DNA from: Utricularia gibba
Lineage: Eukaryota; Plantae; Magnoliophyta
Direction of reading: 5' to 3'
NCBI GenBank assembly: GCA_002189035.1
Contig: NEEC01000004.1
Location: forward strand, 248,001-312,000
DNA length: 64,000 nucleotides
Every line of letters begins with the position of its first letter. The stretch's first letter is position 1. A program made the translations under genes and the position numbers. Below are positions 38,338 to 52,569 of this stretch, piece after piece. A model generated the notes under the pieces. It was not told the origin of the DNA. It worked only from the letters and a program-made list of their open reading frames with translations, and searched no databases.

Positions 38338-40689
38338 TCAATCATCAGCTGCACAGGAAGATTATTTATAACCGTGGAACGTTGAACTGGACATCGAGCG
38401 CAAAAGCTAAATATGATCATAGCGCTTACCACTTTCTGGATGATCAACATGTACAAAGAAGCTTGCAGCAACAATAAAATAGCACAAGATGAGCATGAGG
38501 CCTTTGAAATAGTTGGAGTGACCTTCCTGTATTGATGGAATACATGGCATAAGGTTAGTTGAATGAATTCAAAGTATGCCGGGTGCTAGTTTGGAAGACA
38601 TGGAATGAACCTGAAGCATGAAACCAACAACTAATACAGTGATGAACAGCGTGGCGGTCTCGAACAGTTGGAAGTTGAGATCCATAGGCTTGCCCATGAT
38701 CCAACCAACTATTACACAAAAGGGGATCTGCAGTTATCAGAGCACAAGAATTGAGATCTCCATCTTTGCACAGAAAAGTTATAGTCTTTGATTGAGCAAC
38801 AATGTGACAAACACATCGAAAGGAGAGCAATTTCTATGTTCTACCATCCTACTAGGATTATATTTATCTAGTAGAATGTGGAACATTCACAAAGATGGGG
38901 CCTTACCACAAACATTGATATCTGAGTAGATGATCCTATTGCAACTCCAAGAGTGATATCCTAAAAACAGAACCACGGTGATTTAAAACAATGCCAATAC
39001 TAAACTAATGGCAAGTGGTTGGATGATAAATATTTCATCGCTCACAAGCTTGTCCTTCATGGCAAACATGATGGCACTGGCATGCTCCGCAGCATTTCCT
39101 ACTATGGGAAGCAGAATGACGCTAATAAAAGCGACTGGCATTTCCATTGATTCAGATGCCCCCTGAGAAAACAGAGAACTTCAGTCACAACGCAGAATTC
39201 TAGGACCTGTTTCCTTGTTTAAGTTTGGGACTCCTAGAGTGCCTGCAAAGTCAAATCACCTGAATTGCATCAACGAGATATCCAGATAAAATGGATATCC
39301 ATATAGTCAAGATTGCTAGCCAGGTAACTGCTTCCCAGCGCGTGATCTCTGGGGTCTCGTCATTTGAATTTTCATTAGTATTTTCTCCTGCCTGTTCCAC
39401 GTTCTGTTCAGAAAAGTGGAAGATCAATGAATCTAGCGCAAAAAAACTCATGGAATACTTGTGTGGTAACTGTTGTCCGGTTTAAACATCTGTTTTCCAG
39501 TACAGAATTTACTCACCCCATCAGCGGAACACATAGAACTTTGGCCCTTGAGCTGAAAGAACAGATAACTGGCATACGCAACTAGCATCACACAGCTGCT
39601 AACTCGTGACAGGGCAATTTCAGACTTTCCCTCGTGGAGTTCTGTACGAGTAAAGTGCAAAACTCCTGGAAGCATTATTCCCATAACAGCCATCAAAAGC
39701 AATCCTACGTTCACAACCGCAGTAGCCTGATACATTAAAGCAAATGCGTTAGTCTTCAACTAGGGCGGGTGTTTCATCATTCAACCGGTACTACCAGCTA
39801 GAGATGATCAGATAATACACACTTTATTGAAACTCTGCACTTTGTTGTGATGAACAATCCCCCACAGAGGAAGGCACAGCCCAGCACCAAAAGCATATTG
39901 GATAATATGGAACCCAATAACGACTGCTGCACAATCCGAAACATTCCATTCTTCAAAGCATACATTGAAATTATCATCTCGGTAGCATTGCCAAATGTAG
40001 CATTCAGGAGACCACCAACTGCAGTGACATGAAAGTGTGTTTTCTTATTGAGAACAAAGAAGTTTCACTCGTGCATCTTACGATATATGTGGAAGAAAAC
40101 CATAAAGACAACAGAAAAATTACCTATTGGACCAGTGTAACAAGCAAGTTGCCTGCATAGAATTCAGAGGAAGAATAAAAAAACCTGCTTTTATTTATCA
40201 TGGCTGTCCAAATTTAATCACATAAGTCAATACGAAATTCAGATTTCAAATATGTACTTACTCAGTGGCATATCCCAACCGCTCGGCTAATGGAGTAATA
40301 CCAAGCAAACTGAAGAAGAAAACCCATTCCTAAGAGGAGTTATTAACTCATGAGCAGTCTGATCTTAATCGTTGTAATTCAAGCCACCCCGCGAAAAAGT
40401 TGAAGGATCTTACATTATTTGTGGTAATGTAGCGTAGAGCAATTGCCAGCGGTCCAAACGGTAACAAGCAATTGATCTTGGCCTTTATTAGGACAACATA
40501 TATGCTTCTCATTACGCCAACTCGACGCAGCTTACTAAATAACAATGAAGATGGAACCTTCTTAAGTTCTAATACAGTGGTCGAAGGTGATTCTAAACTC
40601 AAAGATGGGATTTTGTTGGTCATATCAGATCCATGAAGCGGTACTTCGTCATCAGAATCAAAGTTTAGTCTGTTTTCCACCGACCCCAT
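38338..40689 (-). CDS. Vacuolar cation/proton exchanger (CAX2/CAX5 type), multi-exon; last micro-exon (SADD*) inferred
   Basis: [14 protein letters not shown]; [20 protein letters not shown]; [15 protein letters not shown]; [19 protein letters not shown]; [12 protein letters not shown]; [16 protein letters not shown]. Confidence 0.92.
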
Positions 40690-41862
40690 CTTAAGTAACT
40701 AGGGAATATATACTATCACTTGATACATCAATCAGTGATTCACCTGTAGACAAGTGGTAATAGTTTAGTGGCAAACGAAGTCAAAACCCCCAGATTTGCT
40801 ACAGTTCGCTTAAATAAGCATTCAACGGGTCGAGAGAGAAACACCCACATGCCCCCAAGCCAAGCAAGGTCTGAAGAAGACGCTTGAAAAACTAAAGAAA
40901 AACAATTCAGGGGAGTAAGAAGGAGCTGCCATTCTGCAGTTTTGACATTTCAATCACATCTAGAAGAAGAACAACAGCAGAAAAAAGGCTCCAGATCCAT
41001 TGGGAACAAATCCATAAGCAACAAGATACTTCAAAAATACATATCAAGTCAGACCTCCGCACATAATCCCAGAGGCACATACCAAGGCAGTTAAAGCAAG
41101 AACAACCAACTTGTAAAGGCACAAAAATCCGTTGCCTTTGAAGGTAGATTAGAAGTCGCAAAGGCAAAATAGTCAACAGAAATCAACTGAAAAATCACAG
41201 AAAATCTATCCTGTATACAAGCATTAAGTATAATAGAGCGAATATTATTGAGCAGTGGCTGTTAGCGGTTAGGCAGCCTACGGAGAGGGAAACAAGAAGT
41301 ACCATCACTGGCACTAAAGTTGAATTTTTTTTTAGACTTTAAACACCATTTAGTGGAATGGAATCAACGAACGCGAAGGTGTCTCTCAAGTGTCAATTCC
41401 TGGGATTCTGAAGGCTTCCAATAAAATAAAATCAATAAAAATTCCACACAAGCACAAAAAGAACAAGCATTGATGATTCACATGAACTAAATGCTTCTTC
41501 AATGATTTTAAGTACACCAATGCGAAAATTCAGAGTAAACAAAATGAACGGTTATTTTTGTAAGAATATGAAAGTACAATGTTTATAATGAATGGTTTCC
41601 ATCTCTAGATGCTGTTAAAAGAAATTGTGAGTTTTTCTGAAATTTACACATTAGAGAATCACTTGTATAAATTTGAGGATATTTTGTTAAAAATTGAAAA
41701 TTTGAATAGTTCCACATAATTAACATACCAAAAAGATACATAGTACCAAAACTGAATTGAAATCAACACAACAACAAGATTTTTTTCACCCCTCCCTCTC
41801 TAAAAACAAATTAATTCTCTCCATCATATTTGCATGGGATGGATGCTTTTGAATCTGCATCA

Positions 41863-44800
41863 TCATTTGCCACTGGTTTTCCACTTTTTAATGGTGACCA
41901 GTTCCTTGGGCCGCAACACTGAGATAGCGACTGCGTGCTGCTTCTTATGCGTATTGCCTTCTGTCAAAGCTTTCAGCTCAAACGCTCCTCTGGCGAGCCC
42001 TCTGGCAACCTGCTGACTCTCAACTCGCATTAGAATCACACACTCCAAAAGACGGTTTCAGTATCCAATAAACCACGCGATTACCTTCAGGAGAATCCAC
42101 ACTTTGAGGGAGCTGCTTAAAACAGCTAGTCTGGTTTTCTTACCGCAGGTCAAGTAGTTACACATGTGCCGGTCGACTCTTAGGATAAACCTTGGCCATG
42201 ACTTCGGCTTCTCGGGATCTGCTTTCTGCTGCACGATGGACTGAGACCAGAGATATGGCTTAGTCACATACTGCTAAACATTCAGGCATCAAAATAGCTG
42301 GGAAAAGGAGACTCGAGTTGGTTCAGATGGAATGCTGTGGTAGAAACAACAACATTTTACACATTTGTTAAGAAGTGGAATAGAAGCATACGAGAAGTCG
42401 GCATATTTCATGTTCAATTTTTGAAAATGAGGTCTCCAATGCTTCAACTCTCCCGGTTGCATTACAGCAGGAGCAGGGCTCACTGATCATGAACGATACA
42501 CTTGGTCGGACCTGCGAAAGAATAAAACATCACCACGAGCCAAGCAACTGATAAATTAGAACTCTCAATGGAGTTAACAAGGCTGACGTAATTCTGTTTA
42601 GAACTTTTAACTATTTGATGGACTCAAACATCTAGGCTAGACGGCTAGACAGACTTACAGAACTACGTACAGCAGCTCACATTTTCGCCACTCTAAGACC
42701 CCTTTTTAAATCCAGTGTAGCATAGACGTACCCGTTTCCTTGTTATTTCCATTAGCCCATTTCTGGATAACTCAGAGACTTTAACATTTGATCTATCTCT
42801 CTCAGCAGCCTTTTTCATCGCTTCATAGACAAGCCTCTTATTTGCTGCATATAGCACAGAAGAAAGCTAACCTTTTACTAGCAGCATAATAATAAAATAA
42901 TCATAGCAAAAATGGTTCATGGCCATCTCTAAGTTGCATTCCTATGATACGACATTTAAAAAAGAAGATATTTGCAGCAGGGAATGGAAGAACGGATTAT
43001 AATCTAGAATTCACTTCCAATCCAAGCAATATGACAAGATATAGGCTTTGAAGCACATAACAAATGTATCCAGACTTGCCCAGTAAAGGGGTCTCTTGAA
43101 TCGAGTAATCTAGGATATCAAGTGCATGCTATTGAACATTGAACTTAATACACTATAAAAAAACAGACAATCAACAATGTTGTCAGGAAAAAAACTAACC
43201 ACCACAAGTCACACCAACCATGTGGGACAGCAACGTAAACAGACAACAAGAACTAAATCACTTACATTCATCCTCCATATCAATAAAATCAACCACAATT
43301 ATTCCACCAATATCTCTCAGCCTCAATTCTCGAGCAATCTAAAGCAAAACAAACATTCAAATTTGAAATGCATTGCATAAACAAAACAAAACACAAAAAG
43401 TATCCCAAGAGTGCACAAGCTAAGCAATATATTTCTTAAATAAAACCATCTTGACAACTTGCGTCAACACAAAGCTCAGGATTTATCAGGCACTGTTTCA
43501 TCAAGTCATTGGAAGAAAGGCATAGTTTCTATGGGAAATACTTGTTTTGCTGCAACAAGGTTGACGTCGAGAATGGCCTTTTCTTGTGAATTTCCTTCGC
43601 CAAGCATGCAGTGGCCACCATTCACATCAATGGACACCAATGCTTCGGTTTGTTCAATCACCAAATAACCTCCGTTGACCAAAGGAACTCTGTTAATAGA
43701 GGAAAACCAATTTGAAATTCAACTCACAGGTCACGTCAAATACATATGATCAAAGATCTTTGTGCATCTGTAATGTGGCTAACATTTCTAAGATCTTTGT
43801 GCTAAATCACTTAAATATTGAAAGGAACTGGCGAATTTTACATTGTGCTCCAACTACTACGGGAATATAGTTTTTCAAAATTGAATGAAATGACAAGAGT
43901 ACTTCGCCTTTTACACTTAAAGATGAGCAGGTATACTTCCAACACATGGAAATTTGTGGTCTCGATACAGTAAACCGACAACTCCTTTTAGAAAAAATAA
44001 AAGAGTTACTTTGCTGACCTTTTTTGAAGGATGCTGTCAATCTCGCCCTCAATATTGTATTCATCAAAAAGTGGAGTTCTTTTACTGTACAACTCAACTC
44101 TGCTACATAGATTAGGATCTATATCCTGAAGATACTTAGTGACCTAATACATAGAATAGTGCAAGTTAAAAGAACTGGAAATCAACGATGACTAAATCAG
44201 AATGAAGTTATCAACTTGCCACAAGAATCTAACGATACAAAACTTATAAGCCCATGTAACAGACCCACTACACTAGTAGAAAACCTAACCTTCACAATAG
44301 AGTCATTTACACTAAAATACCTCATGATAGTTCCTCGCAGAGTCAACTATCATCTTCATCACCTGTAATTAAGGCAACATGCACAAGCAATCTGTTAGCA
44401 TGAAAAAGAGGTTTAAAGGAGACAAGCAACACAGATCAAACAGAATAGATAATATCACACCTTTTCATTAAAATAATCTTGGACAACAGAAAGTGTTTGA
44501 CCCATGGCTCTGTGTAGCATTACAGGGACAGCCCCCTCAACACCTTCATCAGCAGCAAGAGCGGCGGATTTGGCATGCTCAACAATACTTTTCCAAGTTG
44601 ATAGTATCCCTTCCAGATCCTTTTTCAGTTCCTCTAGTGTATGACCAGATGCAACGGTACGCAAGGTGAGCCCAAAACCAGGGGGCTGTAAGGTTTTGGC
44701 TATGGCCTTCAGTCTGATACGTTCAGCACCTGTTATCTTTTTTGAAATTCCGAGAGTGGTACAACGAGTACTCAGGACCTGAAAGGTTAATGATCCCATC

Positions 44801-46636
44801 ATGATACATGTCCAAGGAAACATAATCCGAAGCATGAAAATATCGTACCCAGAATCTGCTTCTCAGCTTTGGGTAAGCAGTCACAGTGGGCCCTTTCGTA
44901 CCCAATCCCTCTTTAATAACTTGCACAATTATCCTGGAGCCATTTTGAACGTGTGCCCACAAACTTTTTTCTAAGCCTCCAACCTTTACACCAGTATCCT
45001 GGTTGAGATTTTTAGACCCAAGTTGGTCTAAGTCTTCAACTGATGGTGCTACTGATCTCTCTTGATCAAACTCTTGTCCAGATCCAACGATGCTACCATT
45101 CACATTTCCATTAATACTTTTAAGATCAAAATCATTTCTCTCAGAACCTTTTGATCTACTATCTATGAATTCATCTTCACTTTGTTCATCATCGAGATCG
45201 TCGAGTTCATCAACTATATGGCTGCAAGACATGGTCTCTGAAATGTCCATCTGCAATGTCAAACTGTCAAATGTGGATCGTTCCATTTCTCTCAGATTAG
45301 AATTAAATGGAAAAAATACAAAGGGCTCCCGGTTGGGATTTAAGTCCATAAAAGACAGCTTTGGGCTACCAATGTTTACAAATGCTCCACCCATCTGTGG
45401 GACAAGTTTCGACACAAGTCCTAGATACACACTATCACACTGCACATTGCTTTTAACAGGCTCCAATAACAACTCAACCAATTTGTCATTCTCCAGCACA
45501 GCAATCCTTTGCATGGTGCATATGGATGAATTGATCAAAATAACAGTTGAAATGGAATCCTCCACCGGCATCGCATTAATTTCTTCCGTAGGAAGCAGAT
45601 CCTCAACTAGATAATTATTCTGCTCATTAGATTTGGTCTCAGTCTGAGTCAAAGCAGATGGTGTACAGGAAGAGTAACAGCCAAAGGAAGATTCCAGCAA
45701 CCATGGCTCCTCAACAGGAAGGTGTGAAGTAAAAGAATCATGATGTGGAAAATCTTTCTTCGATCCAATGATTTCAGAAAGAGAGAAATTGTAAAAATCC
45801 TCACTAATATCAGTTTCTGATGCACTCTCTGTCTTTTGATTCTCATTCTCAGTACATGCAAGACTGCCTATTTTGCCATCAGTTTTGTCCAAAACAGACA
45901 GTGAAATGGCCGCTGATTGTCCTAACCAAGGCTCCTCAATGAATTGGTCCCTGAATAAAGAAGTATGTGTACTATCGGCGGTACTAATACCATCATTCCA
46001 AAAACCGTTTGGCAGAATTTCTGACACCAAGTAACCATTTCCACAACATTTTACATTCTTCTTTATCTCTGAAAAATCACTGGGCATACTTGATTGTGTG
46101 GCAGCATCTTTCTGCAGAATTCATTACAAATCATGGTCACTGATATGACTAAAAAATACTTAAGAGGAACAAAGGAAGGTGAATTCTCCTTCCCGCTAAG
46201 GAACAATATGCAAAAAGAACCTTTCTTCTACGATTGCAGGAATGAATATATGGCGCGCCACTTTTACTCTGTTGGCATGAAGAGTGCGCAAGAAGAGATG
46301 AATCAATTCTCAGTTGCCAAAGCACGTCGGATGAAAACCACATGCTTTCTTTTCATAGCAGCTCACTCGTTTTCCTTATGGCACCTGCAAAAAGGCACCC
46401 CACAAAAAACTTACAAACGAAGCGCCAGATGTTGAAAGAATCAAGTGAACCGCAAGTAATGCCAACATGAATTCAGCCAACGTCAAATCTCCGTATCGGA
46501 ATGCTCCTTCATGTATCTGAAATGATCTAATTGGAAGCAAGATAGAACGAGAGACCAAAAGCGCCCCACACGAACTCACGATCTTCCTTTTAGTGAAACT
46601 CAGGCCCCTTCCAGTTCCACTTTCAAAGTAACGCAA
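41863..46636 (-). CDS. RNE: Chloroplast ribonuclease E/G-like protein, multi-exon; 5' end and start codon unresolved
   Basis: LINSSICTMQRIAVLENDKLVELLLEP...YLGLVSKLVPQMGGAFVNIG...VQVIKEGLGTKGP...; VIEQTEALVSIDVNGG; ARELRLRDIGG; FILRVDRHMCNYLTCGKKTRLAVLSSSLKVWILLK. Confidence 0.92.
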
Positions 46637-46915
46637 AGAGTAAAATGCTGCTCGAAGCTGGGTTCAAGCAGCGGCGAAATAGACGGCCGTCATTTCACTC
46701 CGACCACACGCAAGGAGATCGAGAAGAAGCATCCATTTATTTATTCATTTTTATTGGGGCCGTCAAATGTAATTAAATATTAAAATTTGTCCAAATATTA
46801 AAAGTGCTTCTTATTCATTTTTCATAAGAATATTTGCAATATGACACGATAACAAAAAATCAAGTACGGATGGGATCAGGTAAATCGATCCCGAAAAAAA
46901 AAAAAAAACTAAGTG

Positions 46916-49530
46916 TTAGGAAGATGGCAGAGTTGGTGTATGGGCTTCGATATCTACGTGCCTGATGCCAGGGACGAGTTCCTGTATCTCCTTCTCCAGG
47001 CGATCCACTTCGCTCCCCAGGGCATTCACCACTTCCTCACCTGCCGGACACGAACACACTGAGCATTCTTTCCAACAACCGCGTAAATAGAGCAGCAGCT
47101 AGTGCTCTTGTAAAAGAATACCGTAATTCGCCATGGCTTTCAGCACTGCGGAATCGTCGTCTTCCTTTGCTGCCTCCCGGAACTTGTCATGAATCTCAGT
47201 CCAGTTAGCGTAGGAGCAAATTCATATCACCCCACATGGCGACAATGCAGACAGTTCATGTTACCTGTTTTGCCCACTCTTCACGTCCTGCTCTCCTGAG
47301 GTAGTTTTGCACCAGCACCACACCGTTAAAATCTACAAGGAATCTGATATGTCAGATGGCAGCGTAGTCAGCAAATATTCAGGAAGGGGACATGTTGCTT
47401 ATGGTAGACTAGTACCGATCTCTGCTTTAAATCGAAAAAATCCAGGTCCTATGACCTCGCTTTTGCAATCATAGATAGCATCCACAACCTGCGGGATCAC
47501 AAACTTGTAAGGCTGTACAAATGGCAAAAGAACCATGAAATGGGAGGTAAATACTGCAGATTACTGGGTCATTCTTCAGGAAGTGGAGAACTTTTTCCAT
47601 ATCATGATCATCAATTGCTCGCCCAATCAAAGCATGGCGATTCCTCTGGATCAAAAATATAGCAACCTAGAGGGAAAAGGTTATTGCAAGGATGTTCAAA
47701 CAAGAACCATGTGCAAACCGAGATGTCAATAAAGCAAGATTAGAGGTTTTCAGGCAGAACTATTCACATGGTTGACAATTCACCATTTTATGTGATCAGC
47801 ATATCAGATGTATAATGCAAGCATTGCTCACCATTCCCAAAAGATTTCCCACAATAATAGAACCTATTGGGTCATAAATAGCATTTCCTGTGGTTTTCAC
47901 GGCTACCAGAGAGGCAGCAGCGATGGCAAGGCCAGTAACTGCGGCACCATCCTGCATCATTGCCATTTTAAAGTGTAGATAACACACATAAAGAAACAGA
48001 GAAACTGCTTAAAAGGAAAACCCTTTTGAACTAGTATCTAAGTGTTACCTCTGTCATGACAGCAACAGCAGTTGGGTCATGACCTCGCCATACATAATCC
48101 CAGAATTTCATTCCCTCTGCAGCAGCACCCTTTTTTACGGCATGAATAGCAACAACGAGAGATGCACCTGACGCAGGGATGGATGTGGAATGGTATGATA
48201 TCCCAACAGTAATAGGTTTGAAGTAAGATTAGAAAACATGAAAGGAAATTGTAACAATTTTCCACCTTCAATGACAAAGGAGCCACCAATTACAAGAGCA
48301 GCATACTCCATGTGCTCTGGAGGCTGAAGAGGACATAATAATAATGACACTCGTGTATTACCTTTTTTGCGTTAGAGAAACTGGAACTATTCACGAATTC
48401 ATGAGGAACTATATAGTCATGCTACCTGTGCAGTCCACAAGTTTTGAACTCCATTAACAACCGTAGCACCAGAACCAATGCAAAAGATGCCAACCGCAGA
48501 AATCAAGGACCAAACAAATCTTTCCTTTGAGTAACCATACCTGAGATCATAAACCACATTCAGTCATCATACACACAAAATGGTAAAGTAAAATGAACAC
48601 TTACGGGTGGATAGCATCTGGAGCACGCCGTGAGCTACTCAAACCATATGCTAGAAGAGCCTGCCATTTTTAGATGGGAAATATCCAGACAAAAATCCTC
48701 AATCCATGGATAGTGCCAAGTATAATCAAATAAATTTATTGGCTTGAAGAACCGTAAAAGAAAACCAAGATAAGTAAGTACCTGATTTGCAAAATCTGCA
48801 ACAGAATGTACAACTTCAGCTAAAATCACATGACTTGACGTGGATAACCAGACCCCAAATTTGAGGGAAAAGACGAGAAAGTTGCACCACAACGCAGTTG
48901 TGACTGCTCGCTGGCTAAATTGAAGAGCAACGTGGGCTAAGTTAAAGAAACGCCCAATGATATTCCTTCAAAATATTCTAACAATGGCTAAGACAGGGTA
49001 CGTCGCAGGCATTTCTCTTATCATTTTTCCAATTTCAAAATGCAGTCATAATCATGAAATGCTTGGAGAAAAGCATCACGTTGTTTCGCTTCTCAAAATT
49101 GCAAGGACCCTCAAAATCCAGAATTAAATAGCAAAAAGAAAAAAAAAAGAGATAAGGAAATCACCCGTGGTCCTCTATTTCAATCTTTTGAATCTTCTTG
49201 GGTCTCATCAACAAACCTGCACTCAATGCGTCAATCAAACATCTTCACCACATGAAACTCGAACTCTGCCAATAGAACTAACTCACTGCGCTTAAAATAG
49301 AGCTGGTAGAGGTTAGAAGAGAGAGGAACAACATCTTTCGTGTCCAAAAAATGTTTAGCCGCTTGGCGTCGAGCAAAACAAGGAGGGCATAATACACGAT
49401 GACTAAGTGAAGTGTGATAACTTCTGGTGACTTCCCTTTCCTTTCCGGGGACGGCCGCGGCGATGGCAAACACGAAGGAGGAGTGATGATAATGGCGCCC
49501 ATGGGGAATCCAACGGAGAAGACGCCGCAT
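46916..49530 (-). CDS. Metal tolerance protein C4 / MTP7-like (CDF family, ZnT9-like), multi-exon
   Basis: QRAVTTALWCNFLVFSLKFGVW...SHVILAEVVHSVADFANQ; RRAPDAIHPYGYSKERFVWSLISAVGIFCIGSG; DGAAVTGLAIAAASL; EVDRLEKEIQELVPGIRHVDIEAH. Confidence 0.92.
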
Positions 49531-49877
49531 CAGACCCTAAAAAAATCTCTACTTGCTACAGCAGAAGAACCAAGAACACTAAGCATCGCTCCCCGATGCG
49601 ACGGCGCCGGAGAAGAAGAATATCCCCCCCGTATCAATTCCGCCTTTTAAAACGTCGCCAAACCATCATTGGGCTTCTTTATTTTTTCTTTGTTTTCATC
49701 AATCGTGTGTTTTTCAATATTTATTTAATCAAATTTACTTTTTCTTTATTATTAAATATGAACAAATTCTATTTCAAAAAAAAAAAAAACTGTCCTATAT
49801 TGATTTAGTGTGTTTTCCTGTTAGAAAAACCACAAAGGAGAGCAGTGAATTGATGATAATGAATGACAAGGAAGCAT

Positions 49878-50471
49878 TCATCTACCACACAAGGCAGTAT
49901 CCCTCTTGGAAGGTCTGTAAGTTAAAGCACTGAGGCTGTAAACACACATATTGTCTCTCCTGGATCTGACTGAGATCTCATCAGTTGTGGTTGTAGAAAC
50001 AGGGATATTGCAGTGAGAAGAAGAAGAAGAAACCAGAGTAGCTCTGCACAAGTTCCCGATTGCTCTATCCTTGGCACATTGGACACCATCCATTGAGGGA
50101 ACTTCCATCTTGTAAATCCCATATTTATTTGTTGTTCTGTTTACTGAAAATGATATCTGCTCGCTGGTTCTCGGAGCTAGGGCCTTGAAGGTGCAGTCCA
50201 TTCTCACTTCAACACCTAAACACCATAAAATGCATGCAGAGACGCATCAAACAAACATTGCAAGACACTATCACTGTCTGCAGTTGCATTTGGTGGTTAT
50301 TTTGTTACCTGGTAAGAAGAAGCTGTGTTTTGAGAAGGAATTGTTGGAGCAGATGTCGCAATAAACAGCTCCCATGACTGTGATTTCAGGGGTGGATGTG
50401 GATCTTGCAGATTCGGTTGGCGAATCAAAGAGAAAAGAAAGAAAAAGCACAAGGAAGAAGAGGGAACCCAT
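49878..50471 (-). CDS. Pollen Ole e 1 allergen/extensin family secreted protein; exons 50471-50309 and 50215-49878
   Basis: Signal peptide, then ITVMGAVYCDICSNNSFSKHSFFLPGVEVRMDC...TTNKYGIYKMEVPSMDG..C...C.ATLVSSSSSHCNIP. Confidence 0.9.
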
Positions 50472-50644
50472 TGCAAAACTTAGAACTCTTGGTGCTAAGT
50501 TTTTACACAGACCATAAATGTGAATGTGGAGGTGAAAATCATCACCTTGTGCGTGTTGCGAGTTATGAATGGGCAGAGATCTGAGCTCCTTTTTGGAACA
50601 AGCGCATGTGAATCCGTTTTGGAAGTTTGTGCATCAGAAGGCTG

Positions 50645-50669
50645 CCCCCACCCCCTCCCCTCCCACCCC
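50645..50669 (-). other. Putative G-quadruplex-forming sequence upstream of the Ole e 1-like gene
   Basis: Minus strand reads GGGG-T-GGG-A-GGGG-A-GGGGG-T-GGGGG: five G-runs with 1-nt loops. Confidence 0.6.
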
Positions 50670-51388
50670 GACCAATCTATAACACGAAGGAAAGCTGACG
50701 AACTTTGAATGTATTTCCCAGCTTTTCCTACGGTCATGAAGTGAAGCCATTGGTGAGAACTGAGAACTATCACATTTCCAAATCTGAACCTGACCATGAT
50801 TCATAAATCGGAGAAGATTAACAATGTCCTATGGAGGCAAGTACATTTCACACTTGTTGATACAGCATCTTCATCTTCTCCTTAATAAATAATGAATTTT
50901 TCACCGCACCCAACTAATGACTTGAATGTCCAGGAGGGCGTTGGCATTTTCTGCAGTGAAACTGTGGAAGCAGGTGGGCATTGGCATTTTCTGCAGTTGA
51001 AGATCAAATATATGACACTGTCGTTTCATGTGCTCTGATTCCCACCCCGCGTGGTACACATGGAGATTGCATTGCTTGAACAAGAAAGTCACAAGTATGG
51101 ATGAATGTGTAGAATCTATTTATTACACACAACAAGCACAACATAACACGTCACACCTGAGTCTTGAGAAGCCTTTCGTGGGGAGGAGAACCCCAAAACT
51201 TGTATTCTAAAAAGAGTGCAGAATGAAATACATCATACAAACAACCCAGGCGTCGTGCAATCACCACAGTGTGCTATTCTTCCATAACTGATTTTCCTCT
51301 GCATATTCGCAACAGGAACCTTTTTTCCTTACAACTTGTGAATTCCAAGGAGAGCTAACACTTCGAAAGACTTCAACCGTTGTAATTT

Positions 51389-52569
51389 TTACAATATGGA
51401 ACATGAACACATGCTTTTCTTTGGGGTCTCATCCACCTTCTTCTCTGCATACACAAAAATAGTAACATGAAAGTTTTGTTTGTGAACTACCGACTTGAAA
51501 CTTGAAATGTTGAAAACAAAATAGCTCCTACGAAACTTCAAACTTTTGTTATGCGAGTGCATTGATCCTATGAAATCAACATTTAAAGTTTTATTCATGC
51601 CAAGAGACGCGGGGCTATTTAATAGACAAGCAACTGAACCTCTAATACATCTAAAGCAAAATTCAAAGCTGCTGCTCATATCTTCCTTGCAGATGAGGTT
51701 TCAAAACCTCTTGGGATGGGACGCACGGAAAAAAGGAATGTGAGATCAACAATTCCATTATAAGCATCCCACCTACCGAAACGGATGAACAAACCAATGT
51801 ACAAAGTTGCATTAGTTTGATTAGAGAATCATATATTGTAATGTCAGAGGTCACTGCACAGACATCTTGAACCAAAGATATCATCGTAGTTAGAAAAAAT
51901 ACCTGTCTTTGGTTTTGCTAAAGATGGCTGCACAACAGCGTGCATTGTGATTACCCCTTTCTGTAGCTCTCCGAATGGCATCCTACACTGAGCCACGGTC
52001 TTGTTATTCTCCAGGATTTTCCCAGCGCTTATCAACTTCACATCGTTAGCAGACTTTGGAGCAAATTTTTTATCTGAAATGGAACAATTTAATGACCGGT
52101 AAGAAAGGATTGAATGAATAATCAAAGAAAAAAATTGCTAAAACTTAGAATCAACATAGTCAGCAATAAACCTTAATCAAGATGAACCCAGACTTCAAGA
52201 GACACTAACAACATACACAAAAAGGCAACGAATGAAATCCTAATACCAATTTCTCCAATTTTCATGAGCACAAGGGAAAACAACATTACCACTAAGAATA
52301 TAAACAAAATGTAGCATAAACAACAACAGATACCTACCCACACAGTGGTTCTCAATCAAATGAAAATTATATAAATTTCTGATAAAAAAAAAGCGCAAAT
52401 GATGCACAAATAATAATAATAATAAAGCTCCACAGCAACCCTTTGGCCACTCAGACGCAATTCTCTCTTTGAGCATCGCGACTGTTGATGCCGGCGAATA
52501 TCGAAAAGGACCCATATCCGACCCATCGAATAATCTGAACTTGAGCTCCACAGAATCCTCCTCCGACAT
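51389..52569 (-). CDS. MUB: Membrane-anchored ubiquitin-fold protein (MUB3-like); exons 52569-52440, 52073-51903, 51444-51389
   Basis: ELKFRLFDGSDMGPFRYSPASTVAMLKERIASEWPK...DVKLISAGKILENNKTV...ITMHAVVQPS; C-terminal CaaX CSIL*. Confidence 0.93.

Noticed and set aside
50937-50998. ~20-bp direct repeat ggc(g/a)ttggcattttctgcagt, loosely like miR394
   Set aside because: Direct rather than inverted repeat, and diverges from miR394 after 8 nt
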